IMG/VR virus record: IMGVR_UViG_3300025644_000002
From: a virus
Lineage: Duplodnaviria > Heunggongvirae > Uroviricota > Caudoviricetes
DNA length: 64,000 nt
Strand: one strand, 5' to 3'
Position numbers and translations under genes: made by a program. Shown here piece after piece: positions 27,308 to 37,700 of this stretch. The notes under the pieces are model-generated. The model was not told the origin of the DNA. It worked only from the letters and a program-made list of their open reading frames with translations, and searched no databases. How positions within the stretch are numbered: the first letter of the stretch is position 1; each line of letters begins with the position of its first letter.

Positions 27308-29173
27308 TTAAGGCGTTCCTCTGGTTTGTCCTTTAGTTTTTTCCGGGCCAGTTTTTACCTTATTACTATTACGCTGTCCAGGCGTTTTTTGATTGGGCTC
27401 TGTTTGAGTTCCCTGGGCGCCAATTTCAGAAACCTCTGCTGCTTGCATATAATAATTTAAACGCTCCATAACTAAGTTTGCAGTTACTGGTGCAGTTTTA
27501 CTAATTTCCTGTATAGCCTGAGTTTGTTCCTCTGGCCCAAAGAACATTAGGGTTTTAGCATATTTTTCTATAACTTCATATGGGTCAATTGGGGAGCCTG
27601 CATTTTCTTCCATAAGTTCTTTTTCAAAAACTTCAGCTCTTAATCTTAATAGCTCGTCTTCAGCAGCTTTTTGCGCTCTAGCTTGATACCTAGTCATTAT
27701 CACAGTAGCTTGGCCTTGAGCCTCGGCTTCTCTAATAGCTTTTTTAATTCCTTGATCAATCATTGCGCTATTTTCTTTAGTATTAGATATCTCTTCTTCG
27801 ACAGCGGAATAACCAAAGTCTTGAAGAAGTGTAGACGCAGATAAAGCTCCTAATTCATTTAATTGTAATGATAATTGTTTAGATTGAGAGTCATCACTCA
27901 TCTTAAATTTCTTCAATTGAATTTCGATTGAAGGGTATTTTAATAAGGTAACTATCTTATCGATAACAAAATAATTAATGAAATCTAACATATCTTCTCT
28001 ATAAGTTAGGAATCCATTTTCTACAATACGTAATGAAATAGAAGAACCAGTCCACGAAGTTCCACCTTTAATAAATTCTACAGGAACTCCAATACTGTTA
28101 ATAACGTTTTCTTCTAAAAATTTCATTTCAGGAGTTAATAATAGAGATCTAGCATTTCCACCAAGCTCTTGATATTGAACTGGAATAGGAAAAATACCTA
28201 CATGGTTAGGGTCGCTTCTCCATTTTTTAACTTGCTCTTCAATATTAGCGCGCCATTTCCCTAAGTTCATCATAGAATAAGGATCCATAGCGCCTGTATT
28301 AGCTGGCGATATTAATTTTTTAGGTACAATATGGTCATTAGCTATCGCTTCATTACCACGTTTTAAAGTTTGTTGGTAATAAATTAGTCTAAGAGCGGCT
28401 AATATACGAGGTTTGCCCCATCCCATATCTTCCTCTGCTAAAGTAGGAGCTTTAAAATGATATAAATTATTGTTATCTAACATAATTTTTTTCTTTTTCT
28501 TTAAAGCTTCTAAGAAGACTGCAGGTATATCTTCTAGTATGGCCATGTTCCCTACTAAAATTCCTTGCTTAATCTTATTAGGCATTGCATAATAATAACG
28601 AGCATTACCTGATATAGGGTTATAGTCTATATCAATATTTTCAGGAGACCATCTAACGAATTTTAAACTACTAATTGTAGTTAAAGGTTCATCCTTAATA
28701 TTCATTGGAGTTTCGTGCCCACACTTTTCACAGATAGCCTGGAATACAAATTTCTTTAATTTTACCCCACGCATAGAAGCTATTTCTGCCTCTGTACCAC
28801 AAACATTACAAGCTAAAAATCTCTTTTGCTTTAGAAAGGCAGATACAAAACAGTTACCATAAGTATAGTAATCTAAACCAATTTCAATTAATAAATTCTT
28901 TAAGCGTATTTCTTTTTTAAACGCTTTAGCATATAGCTCTTTTATATCTGGTTCAATAGAGGTGTCATATATAATATCCGTTATAGGATACTCAGTCATC
29001 TTACTAATAACATTTCGTAAAATTTCATTAGTATAATAAAAAGTTTTACAGAACTTAAATAACGTTTTTATATTTCTTGGTAAAAAATTCTGTGATAAAT
29101 CAAAAAATGGATTAGGGTACTTCTTACCTTTATATTCATCTATGTCGTTTTCTGTTAAGTAACGTACTGGCAT
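27308..29173 (-). CDS. Putative portal protein with Zn-ribbon insertion
   Basis: 621 aa, YPNPFFD N-terminus, MTEYPIT, helical clip-like core, CNVC/CEKC; late-block context. Confidence 0.55.
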   Translation of the reverse strand: MPVRYLTENDIDEYKGKKYPNPFFDLSQNFLPRNIKTLFKFCKTFYYTNEILRNVISKMTEYPITDIIYDTSIEPDIKELYAKAFKKEIRLKNLLIEIGLDYYTYGNCFVSAFLKQKRFLACNVCGTEAEIASMRGVKLKKFVFQAICEKCGHETPMNIKDEPLTTISSLKFVRWSPENIDIDYNPISGNARYYYAMPNKIKQGILVGNMAILEDIPAVFLEALKKKKKIMLDNNNLYHFKAPTLAEEDMGWGKPRILAALRLIYYQQTLKRGNEAIANDHIVPKKLISPANTGAMDPYSMMNLGKWRANIEEQVKKWRSDPNHVGIFPIPVQYQELGGNARSLLLTPEMKFLEENVINSIGVPVEFIKGGTSWTGSSISLRIVENGFLTYREDMLDFINYFVIDKIVTLLKYPSIEIQLKKFKMSDDSQSKQLSLQLNELGALSASTLLQDFGYSAVEEEISNTKENSAMIDQGIKKAIREAEAQGQATVIMTRYQARAQKAAEDELLRLRAEVFEKELMEENAGSPIDPYEVIEKYAKTLMFFGPEEQTQAIQEISKTAPVTANLVMERLNYYMQAAEVSEIGAQGTQTEPNQKTPGQRNSNKVKTGPEKTKGQTRGTP

Positions 29174-29685
29174 TATTTAATGTACTCCATGATTTTTAAA
29201 TATTTTGCAGCCTGTATACCCAACCTATCCTCTTCAAGAGGAAAAGGCCCGCTGCCTGCTTTATCTTTTACTACGTCAAGCATAGAATCGTCTATATTAG
29301 CGAATGGGTGGAAAAAGGTATATCCATTATCTATAAACATAAATTTAATATATTGAGTCACTTCAAAACTAAGTTCTAAATTAGGATGCATATTTTGTAT
29401 GATATCCAAAGCCTTCCAAATAAATTCAGGAAGGCATCCTTCTGTTTTACCTACATCCGGGTTAATACCATTAAGTACTAAACATACGTTCTCAAAGACA
29501 TCCATGTCTTCGTAAGCCTGTCTAGTTTCCCTTAAAAGCTTTATTACTAACACTTGCTGTCTTTCTAAATTATTTAATTTAGGAAAAAGCTTATGTAAAG
29601 TTTCCGGCTCTATTACGCCTGGTATTTTTAGTAAGTCTTCTATTAACATTTTATTTTTTGAGTGGTTTTCTCCAGATGCTTTCAC
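29173..29685 (-). CDS. Hypothetical protein
   Basis: 170 aa, coupled to portal-like gene. Confidence 0.55.
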   Translation of the reverse strand: MKASGENHSKNKMLIEDLLKIPGVIEPETLHKLFPKLNNLERQQVLVIKLLRETRQAYEDMDVFENVCLVLNGINPDVGKTEGCLPEFIWKALDIIQNMHPNLELSFEVTQYIKFMFIDNGYTFFHPFANIDDSMLDVVKDKAGSGPFPLEEDRLGIQAAKYLKIMEYIK

Positions 29686-29929
29686 GCCATTTAGGTTTTA
29701 CTATATCTTTAAATAAACCACCCTTTGGGTTATTTAATGCAGCTTTATTTTTATATAAATAAGAATCTAATCTGCCACCTTGTAACATTCGAAGCTTAAT
29801 CTTTAAATTATAATCTTTAGGTTGCTTGGTAATATGTAATATTTTATTTTTATTTTTAGCAAAAGGTTTTGCCCAATTGGGAACCTTCATTACTGCGTAT
29901 TTTTCAAATACATATTCTGCTTTATCCAT
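29651..29929 (-). CDS. Basic hypothetical protein
   Basis: 92 aa. Confidence 0.5.
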   Translation of the reverse strand: MDKAEYVFEKYAVMKVPNWAKPFAKNKNKILHITKQPKDYNLKIKLRMLQGGRLDSYLYKNKAALNNPKGGLFKDIVKPKWRESIWRKPLKK

Positions 29930-29930
29930 T

Positions 29931-30911
29931 TTAATTCTCCTCTAACTGAGCTTCTACGTAGCATCCTCGTGCTACAGCAGTAAGTGGTTCGTCTACTAAT
30001 TTTATCTCACTAATCTCTAGTGGAAATTGTTTTTGTTGAAATTGGTCCTTAAATACATCGATAAACCCATTAACCATTGAAGACCCTCCACCAATAATTA
30101 TGGGAACTGCGTCTGGGAAATTAGGCATACTTGTAGATGCAAATTGATTTGCTATATTAGATAGTAAGTACCGTACCATAGCTTCATAATAAGTTTTTAC
30201 AGCTTGTTGCTCTCTAGTGCGCTCTACGTCGGAAGTAGGGGCTATAGTGTAGTCTCCAGCTTCTTTAATATACTGAGCTTTAGCTGAGGAAATGCCACAA
30301 TCTCTTGCTACATTTTCATCGATCCAATCTCCCGATTTAGCTACGCTAAACTCTAAGGTAGACATCCCCGCATACATAATAGCTAAATTACACATACCAG
30401 CCCCCATCGAAATAGAAATACCAGTTAACCCCGCAGTTTGTAATCCAGCTAATCCTAAAGCTATTGCTTCATTTATAGCTCTAGCTTCATATCCTAAAGA
30501 ATCAATTATTTGTTTTAAAACATCTTCATGATAGTTAACTTCTTGGACTTTATCTATAGGTTTTCCAGGAACACAATATACTATGCGTTCTTTTTCTTTT
30601 TCTGCTTTCCCTACTAACCCTAATATAATTTCCCTTAATACTGGAAAAGCATCCTGTTCTGTAGGGTTTAATAACCCTTGAGACATAGGCCTACTTAATT
30701 CTTTATTACCAAAAACTTGGGCATATTCGTACGCTTTCTTACCTATAATATGCAATCTATTATTAATTTCAACGTATGGTACTTTTAATAAATTTAGCTG
30801 TCTAGTAGTAGTAGTAGTTTTATCAATAGTTAAAAAAGCATTACGTTGTAAACGCATACCGTTTTCATCTACAGCTACAAAATTACCAGTTCCACAATCC
30901 AATCCTTTCAT
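29931..30911 (-). CDS. Actin-like ATPase (MreB/FtsA/ParM fold)
   Basis: GLDCGTG phosphate-1, INEAIA, SMGAGMCN phosphate-2, IIIGGGSS adenosine motif. Confidence 0.82.
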   Translation of the reverse strand: MKGLDCGTGNFVAVDENGMRLQRNAFLTIDKTTTTTRQLNLLKVPYVEINNRLHIIGKKAYEYAQVFGNKELSRPMSQGLLNPTEQDAFPVLREIILGLVGKAEKEKERIVYCVPGKPIDKVQEVNYHEDVLKQIIDSLGYEARAINEAIALGLAGLQTAGLTGISISMGAGMCNLAIMYAGMSTLEFSVAKSGDWIDENVARDCGISSAKAQYIKEAGDYTIAPTSDVERTREQQAVKTYYEAMVRYLLSNIANQFASTSMPNFPDAVPIIIGGGSSMVNGFIDVFKDQFQQKQFPLEISEIKLVDEPLTAVARGCYVEAQLEEN

Positions 30912-31219
30912 TAGTTTAAGCTCCCTGCATTATTAATTATTTCATCATCTATACTTTTTGCTAAGTTTGAAGCCCCTACTTCATAATCAAACATAATTTT
31001 ACCATCAACCTCTTCTATAGGTACTTCAAATTGTTCAGCAGGTATATACTCTGCTGGTTTTGATTTAAGCTTTCCCCGTATAGGCCCTTCGTCTGTTAAA
31101 CCATATTGTATATATTTATCATTCTTAATATTAATTTTTTTATTTTTAATAACAAAAGCTTGATATAGAGAAACGGCCGCATGTATGAATACGGCTCCGG
31201 CTAAAATAATTATTTCCAT
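30911..31219 (-). CDS. Membrane-anchored hypothetical protein
   Basis: N-terminal hydrophobic helix. Confidence 0.55.
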   Translation of the reverse strand: MEIIILAGAVFIHAAVSLYQAFVIKNKKINIKNDKYIQYGLTDEGPIRGKLKSKPAEYIPAEQFEVPIEEVDGKIMFDYEVGASNLAKSIDDEIINNAGSLN

Positions 31220-32289
31220 TATAATAAATTGATTACGTCTTTTTTAATAGGGGTAGGTAATGATTCTAAAATATCTAAAGCTTCTTCACCTCGTAATTCG
31301 GAAACAACCCCATTACCAACAACAGCAGCTAAATCCATATCTGGGACATTAGCTAATTTTTCTCTCGTAACTGTCACTCCGTCTATTACTCTGGAGGCTT
31401 CCTTAGTAAAGGCCATAGTAGTAACCATCGGGTCTTCTACTCCATGCCCATACCTTCCTAGTAATCCTACCTTCTCATCAATCTTATATAAAGCTTCGGC
31501 AGTCTTAATGGCTCCAAGGTCATCAGCTTGTTTTATTAAATCATCATATAATGAGTGGCTAGCTGTGTCAGATTCGCCAATAAATCCTTTCCTAACTTGT
31601 ATTAAATTAAAAAAGTCCTCATTAAATTCATCTCGTAATTCTGAATATTTTTGAATAGCAGTACCACTAAGTTCAATATCTATATCTTGGGCAGCTTCCA
31701 TAGTATTATTTATAAATTCTATTTTCTTAACTGTGTCCATTTTTTGATGATGTGTATCAAAATAAGATGCTGCTTTTTTTACAGCTAACTCGGTATGTAA
31801 GGGATATTTTTTTTCTTCAGCCCACGCATACTTTTCAATTGATTCAACTACTTCGCTAGTTTTTTCTACAAAAGCTTTTTCATTAATAGTACGAATATCT
31901 AAAGTGTTTGGAACAAATTTATCAGAATGATAATTTTTTAAACCCTCAGGAACTTGTATACCATAATTAAAAGCGGCACATGTCAAGTTAGTAGCTGCAA
32001 TTTTTACGACTTCTTCTGGTAACGAGTTTTTCTCCTCATCTAAGAAAGCCATATTAATTTCTACAAGTTCTGGGGTAGTAGTAGCAAATTTTTGCAATTT
32101 CCCATGACTGGGATGCCACAAAATTAAAGCTACATTGGATTCGGATAACGCTCCAAGTTCTTCAAGTGATTGTACATGAGCTGTCTTAACAGAGTCAGAT
32201 AATTCCTCTACTACTTCAGCTAATTTTTGTAAGTCTTCGTTAAGAATAAAATCTGTTACGTCTAAGCTTCTGCTCATTAATTTTTTCAT
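31219..32289 (-). CDS. Hypothetical (possibly head-assembly) protein
   Basis: 356-aa acidic ORF, coupled genes. Confidence 0.6.
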   Translation of the reverse strand: MKKLMSRSLDVTDFILNEDLQKLAEVVEELSDSVKTAHVQSLEELGALSESNVALILWHPSHGKLQKFATTTPELVEINMAFLDEEKNSLPEEVVKIAATNLTCAAFNYGIQVPEGLKNYHSDKFVPNTLDIRTINEKAFVEKTSEVVESIEKYAWAEEKKYPLHTELAVKKAASYFDTHHQKMDTVKKIEFINNTMEAAQDIDIELSGTAIQKYSELRDEFNEDFFNLIQVRKGFIGESDTASHSLYDDLIKQADDLGAIKTAEALYKIDEKVGLLGRYGHGVEDPMVTTMAFTKEASRVIDGVTVTREKLANVPDMDLAAVVGNGVVSELRGEEALDILESLPTPIKKDVINLL

Positions 32290-32301
32290 TTTTAGTGTCT
32301 C

Positions 32302-32874
32302 CTAAGAAAAAATAAAGTTTTTTATAAAGTTGATTAGGATATATCCAGGGCAAGCTGGCTTGCCAAAAGAATCATGTCCATAAATTTCTGTTTCATCTAA
32401 GTCTAGTTTTTCATTTTTTAAAAGAGTATTTAATAGTTGTTTTAAACTATGCAATTGCTCTTTAGTAGGGTGAGAGTCCATTCCTGAATGATCTACACCG
32501 TTAAAATCTCCCATAACTAGAATACCTATAGAAGAAGTATTTTGGCCTTTACAGTGCCAAACAATACTACTTAAGTTATTACAAAGCAACACTGAGCCGT
32601 CTTTCTCTATAACATAATGATAACAAATGTGAGGGGCCCCATTAGGTGAAATATGATTATTTTCTCCTGGAGTAATATGATAGTTATTAACAGACTCTGC
32701 TGTAGCACCAGACACTAACGCTTGATGTATAATTATTTTATTAATCCTATTAAAAGCTCTATTAGCCCATACCCTAGTTTCATGCCAGGGCAGGACACTA
32801 GTCATATCTTTTATTTCTAATGGAATTTCTTCCTCTTTTTTGAATTTAGTAAATATATTGCAAATATTCCACAT
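32302..32874 (-). CDS. N-acetylmuramoyl-L-alanine amidase (endolysin)
   Basis: IIIHQ, YHYVIEKDG, WHCKGQNTSSIGI, YGH...ACPG (Amidase_2). Confidence 0.88.
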   Translation of the reverse strand: MWNICNIFTKFKKEEEIPLEIKDMTSVLPWHETRVWANRAFNRINKIIIHQALVSGATAESVNNYHITPGENNHISPNGAPHICYHYVIEKDGSVLLCNNLSSIVWHCKGQNTSSIGILVMGDFNGVDHSGMDSHPTKEQLHSLKQLLNTLLKNEKLDLDETEIYGHDSFGKPACPGYILINFIKNFIFS

Positions 32875-32908
32875 GTTTTTTTTATTTTGGTTTAATTTAA
32901 TTTAAAAT

Positions 32909-33005
32909 TGGCAGGCACGGAAGGAGTCGAACCCTCATAACCGGCTTGGACCCCGGCATACGGTTTTGAAGACCGTTCCCATAAACCAAATGGGAATACG
33001 CACCC
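32909..33005 (-). tRNA. UGA-decoding tRNA (anticodon UCA), Trp-like acceptor/anticodon arms, long variable arm
   Basis: GGGTGCG/CGTGCCT-G-CCA acceptor, ACGGT-CTTCAAA-ACCGT anticodon arm, 23-nt variable region, GAGGG-TTCGACT-CCTTC T arm. Confidence 0.9.
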
Positions 33006-33011
33006 ATACTT

Positions 33012-33242
33012 TTATAAGCTTTTACAACTCATACTCATAGGTATATAACTGGGAAATAGTTTATCTTCATGTTTCTTCGCTAACTTTGAGAGTTCTCTTT
33101 TAATTACAAGCTCCCCCTCTTTTCTACTTTCTACAGTCTCATCTAAAATATAAGTAGTTTTCGCAATATGATCATTTATTTGTATTGAAAAATTATTTGA
33201 TCCCGCAATTGGGTCTATATGCCCTTCGAGAAGAGTACTCAT
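33012..33242 (-). CDS. Small hypothetical protein
   Basis: 76 aa, TAATG coupling with holin. Confidence 0.5.
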   Translation of the reverse strand: MSTLLEGHIDPIAGSNNFSIQINDHIAKTTYILDETVESRKEGELVIKRELSKLAKKHEDKLFPSYIPMSMSCKSL

Positions 33243-33649
33243 TATTTAGTGTTAACTCCTTTCCATTTTTCCCAGCTTCTCATTCCACCAATACCTAGTA
33301 AACTAGTTACTAAAGGAAATAATACTGCCATATCTAATACAGGTAAAATAGCTACAGAGCCGAACAGTGCAAGTATAGCTCCCAAAATAGGAGCAAATAC
33401 ATATTGATACCCTAAGCCAAAGACACACACCCAGCCTATGAATGGGCGCCAACCTGCTACAAATATAGATTTATGAGAAGCTTCAGCCAAATTAATTTTC
33501 ATTTGACCAGCATCCAACCACTTTTGCATATCAGCTTTTTCATCAGCACTTAATATGTATTCTCCTACAATATCAGCACCCTTGCCTAAAATTTCGCCAA
33601 CCCCTGACTTGCCTAAAACAGATCCTAAAGCTTTGCTTAAAACAGACAT
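33242..33649 (-). CDS. Holin (3TM-type family)
   Basis: IFVAGWRPFIGWVC...LLGIGGMRSWEK. Confidence 0.8.
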   Translation of the reverse strand: MSVLSKALGSVLGKSGVGEILGKGADIVGEYILSADEKADMQKWLDAGQMKINLAEASHKSIFVAGWRPFIGWVCVFGLGYQYVFAPILGAILALFGSVAILPVLDMAVLFPLVTSLLGIGGMRSWEKWKGVNTK

Positions 33650-33840
33650 TATTTATCCTCCGTACTTTCCTTAAGTAATTTATCCAATAACTCTATTTGA
33701 CCTCTAGTATAGTCGTGAGCCTCTTTTTCTAAAACAATTTGAGTTTGTATATTAGTTATTTGCTCATTTAAATTATCAACAAGATGTTCTCGTTTTAAAT
33801 TTTCCTCAATTAACTTCTCTCTTTTATCTTTTAAATCCAT
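33649..33840 (-). CDS. Small coiled-coil protein
   Basis: 63 aa, first gene after the motif at 33876-33890. Confidence 0.5.
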   Translation of the reverse strand: MDLKDKREKLIEENLKREHLVDNLNEQITNIQTQIVLEKEAHDYTRGQIELLDKLLKESTEDK

Positions 33841-33875
33841 AATACTTTATTTTATTGGTTTGTATAATCTTTCTT

Positions 33876-33890
33876 TATTAAATATAACAA
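33876..33890 (-). promoter_or_regulatory. Putative late promoter for lysis/suppressor-tRNA/portal unit
   Basis: TTGTTATATTTAATA in an intergenic gap. Confidence 0.5.
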
Positions 33891-33915
33891 TTATTAAGGT
33901 AAATATCAACTAATA

Positions 33916-34794
33916 TTATGAAGTAGTATCATATAATCACTTCAAAGTTATAGTTACAGCCGCCGGCGCGGTAGCTGGATCTACTTTAATAGAAATAATA
34001 TCACCTTTTGAAAATTCTGCAGAAAAATTAAAGTTGGTAAGAGTCTTTGCTGTGAGAGTTTGCTTGTTAGTTCAGCCCCCTCCTCCAGGAATAGCTCCGT
34101 TTATATATATGTCAATATCCGTAGTACCGCCAGTGGCGTCAGGATATACTTGGGCCACAAGTAGTTTGCCATCTCACGGAGCTATCATTTTAGTAGAATA
34201 ATCAACCGCAGCTTGTTCATTTAAAGTTCCAGCAAGTGGTATGTAATATGCTGCGGCATCTGACGGCCAGTATGCGTGGGTTGAATAATGATCTAATAAT
34301 CCTTTATAAGATATAGCTGCAGAGCTCATACTTTTTTTAGGAGTAATAGTTCCGCCAGTAAGATCAAAAGAAGAATGTAAATCACTAATTAAATCGTTAT
34401 GTACTTGATGTCTAGCTACTAATTGGCTTTGATCTCTATAATAATCAGCGGCTACATATATACCCGATTCTGCTATATTATTAACTAGTATAACAGCTCT
34501 AACTTGCGGGTCTATATCATAGTATCCACTGGAAGTTAAGGTGTTTACAAGACCGATTCCACTAACCGTAGTAACTACATAAGGATCTATAAGCTCTAAT
34601 GCGTCTCTAATAGTATCTACTTTAGTTTGTATATCACTTATAAAATTATCAAGAGTTACAGTAGTATTTAATAATTGATCTCTGAACGGAAGTCCAGATA
34701 GATAGTTAATACCGCTAATAGTTCCACTAATAGTAGCATTAGCACTAACGGCTTGGAATGTGTTAAGTTTTGTTAAATCTAAATATGCTATCAT
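33916..34794 (-). CDS. Tail-associated structural protein, 292 aa (3 TGA)
   Basis: Read-through gives MIAP-W-DGKL...GGG-W-TN...VTITLK-W-LYD then TAA. Confidence 0.7.
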
Positions 34795-34796
34795 GA

Positions 34797-37700
34797 TTAA
34801 GTTGGTATTTTTCTAATAATTAAATTTTCTCCAGAACCACCACTAGTTGAAGGGAATCAGATATTTGCACCATCTCACACAGCGTTTCTGATTCCAGCGT
34901 AAGCACTTCCTACGGGAATACTGCCCTCCTCTACCGCTGTTTCTGTATTAAATATGGTTAAACTAGCACTAGACGCTAATGTTAAATAGGCTTTTCTTCC
35001 GGCAAATATCCCGCCAGTTACCTGCGTAGATACAAGCAATGATTGCCATTGAAATGGAACATCTCCAGATTGCTTAAAACGCGCTAATGTAGGGTTAGCT
35101 GATTGTGATGCTCCATAAAAACATCAGACATCTATACCATCATAAAAAATCGGTTTTATTCCTCACGCAGGAAGAGAGGTATCTCAGGACGCTCCGTCAA
35201 TATTATATTTTGCCATTTTACGAAGTCCATTTCAAGTACCTTGTTCCGCTGTTCAAATATAAGTACCATCATATAATATACGATCTGTTCACATTACCCC
35301 ATCAAATCCAGCAATAGTAGCAGAGGAATCTCCTGCTATGCTATATTTCTCAAGAGCATTAGTGTCTCAAGTAGCTGCACCATCATTACACGATCAAATA
35401 TTACTACCATCACATATTAACATAGAAGCGGCAACTGCTAGCGTATGAATGTGTGTATGTGTTGACATGTCGTCCGGGTCTACGCTAAACAAATAGCTTT
35501 CTTCGGTTTCGTCATCGATAATAGCCGTATAAAGCAGAGAGCCGTCTGTAGTAATTGAGTATAGTGCTGGATAATCTGTAGTGGAAGCTCCAGGAACTGT
35601 AATATCTTGAGAAGTAACTGTTTTAGTATGTACATTTATTTTATACATACGAGGAACAGACGATAATCCCAGTACATCTGTATATCCTCCACAGATAAAT
35701 AAGTCTGTTTTAAGAAAAACCATAGATATAGCATCAAAGGTATAATTAGCTGGGATTGTAATAGTTATGTCCTCTATTCCAGCAAATGTGTTGTTTCCTA
35801 AATTAAAAGAATAGTTATGTTCAGGGATACTGGCAATTCTACCTGTTAAATGGCCACCTTTAAAGTATCCTCTTCCAGTTTTAACCCCAGCGTCAAATTG
35901 TCTAATACCATTATGTTCTGCTACCAGCCCATCCGTGGCATTTAGTTTTACGGTATTTAATCCACTCACTAATCCTATTTCGTTATTATCCAGATCAAAA
36001 TAAGTAGATCCATCTAAAGAACTAATTTTTCCTATTGCAATTGAATCAGCTCAAAGTTCTCTACTAACCCTTATATCTTCTACATATACAGGTGATTCTG
36101 AACTTGTAGCGTTAGCTAGAGTAATACCTATAAATCTTGTTGAAGTATTAATGGTACCTAAAGTGTCAACATGGGTACCAATAATAGCTAAACCTTTAGC
36201 TCAGGAAGTAGAACTACTATAAGTTTCTGTAGTTACTAATTCACCAATATATTTTTTATCAATATCCCATTCAGTTATAGTAAGTGTAGCAGACACCGCA
36301 CTTTCAGAATTAGTTTTTTTATGATAAAAAGATATAAAATAATTTTCATCATCAGATATAGGCATTAAATGATTTGGATGGGTCATTACGTTGGAACCAT
36401 CAATTGGGCCAAGACCATCACTTAATGTTAAACAAATTTCCCCTGACTTCGACTCAGTAGTATTCCTCTGCCCAGTCTCTAAGTCAACTAAAGAGGACAT
36501 TATAGTTCCTACAGAATAGGTAGCACTTTGTATCCAGCCATAAATTATACCACCATCATCAGGTAAATTAGTACCTGCATGTTCAAAATCATAATTAGTT
36601 ACTAAATTATCACTTCCTGGTAATCCTAAAACTCCGTCTGGACCACTAAATCCTACAACACCGCTTGCACCTTGAGGGCCTGAAAATCCTACAGGCCCAG
36701 AAAGCCCTTGAGCCCCGCTTATACCTGAAGGCCCTGTTGGCCCAGGAAGTCCTGAAATTCCTGAGGGACCAGAAAGCCCTTGAGCCCCACTTATACCTGA
36801 AGCCCCTGTCGGTCCGGGAAGTCCTGTTGATCCAAAAGGCCCTTGTAATCCTTGAGAACCGCTTTGACCTGAAATTCCTGAAGGCCCTTGAGATCCAGAA
36901 GGCCCTGAGAATCCTTGAGCTCCATCTGGTCCTGAAATTCCTGAAGGCCCTTGAGGTCCCGAAACTCCATCTATACCTTGAAGGCCGTCTGGTCCAGAAA
37001 AACCAGTAGGTCCTTGGACACCTTGGTCTCCGTCTACCCCTTGAACCCCTTTAGCTCCTGTAAGTCCAGAAAATCCTTGTTGTCCAGGAAATCCTTGTAA
37101 CCCCTGGTACCCCTGCACTCCAGAAAAACCAGTAGGGCCCTGAATTCCTTGATCACCGTCTACACCTTGAAGACCTTTAGCTCCTGAGAGTCCAGAAGGA
37201 CCTTGAAGTCCTGAAATTCCATCTATCCCTTGAAGACCTTTTGGACCTGAAATTCCTGAAGGCCCTTGAGCCCCAGAAGGTCCTGAAATTCCTTGAGCAC
37301 CGCTAACTCCTGAAATTCCGGTAGGTCCTTGAACACCAGAAACACCTGATAATCCTTGAACACCGCTAACTCCTGAAATTCCGGTAGGTCCTTGAACGCC
37401 AGAAACACCTGATAATCCTTGGACTCCTGGAATCCCAGAGAAACCTGTAGGCCCCTGCACTCCTGGGGTTCCTTCCTCACCTTGAGGGCCTTGAGGGCCT
37501 TGGTCCCCTGGGTCACCTTTTGGGCCACCAGCTCTAATAGTTAAGGTTTTAGTAGTATCTAAATCTGCATAAGCGGCTAGAGTTCAAGCGTAGTGTCGCC
37601 ACTCATCTGGGTCAACCACACCGCTAGCTGTTACGTATACAGCGCTTCCCCATTGACTAAATCCTGAAGCAAATATAACAGACCCTGTTCCAGAATAAGT

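Noticed and set aside
32909-33005. tRNA-Sec (selC) call
   Set aside because: Acceptor plus T stem is 7+5 rather than 8+5, acceptor and anticodon arms resemble tRNA-Trp, and TGAs fall at Trp positions rather than Cys/Sec sites
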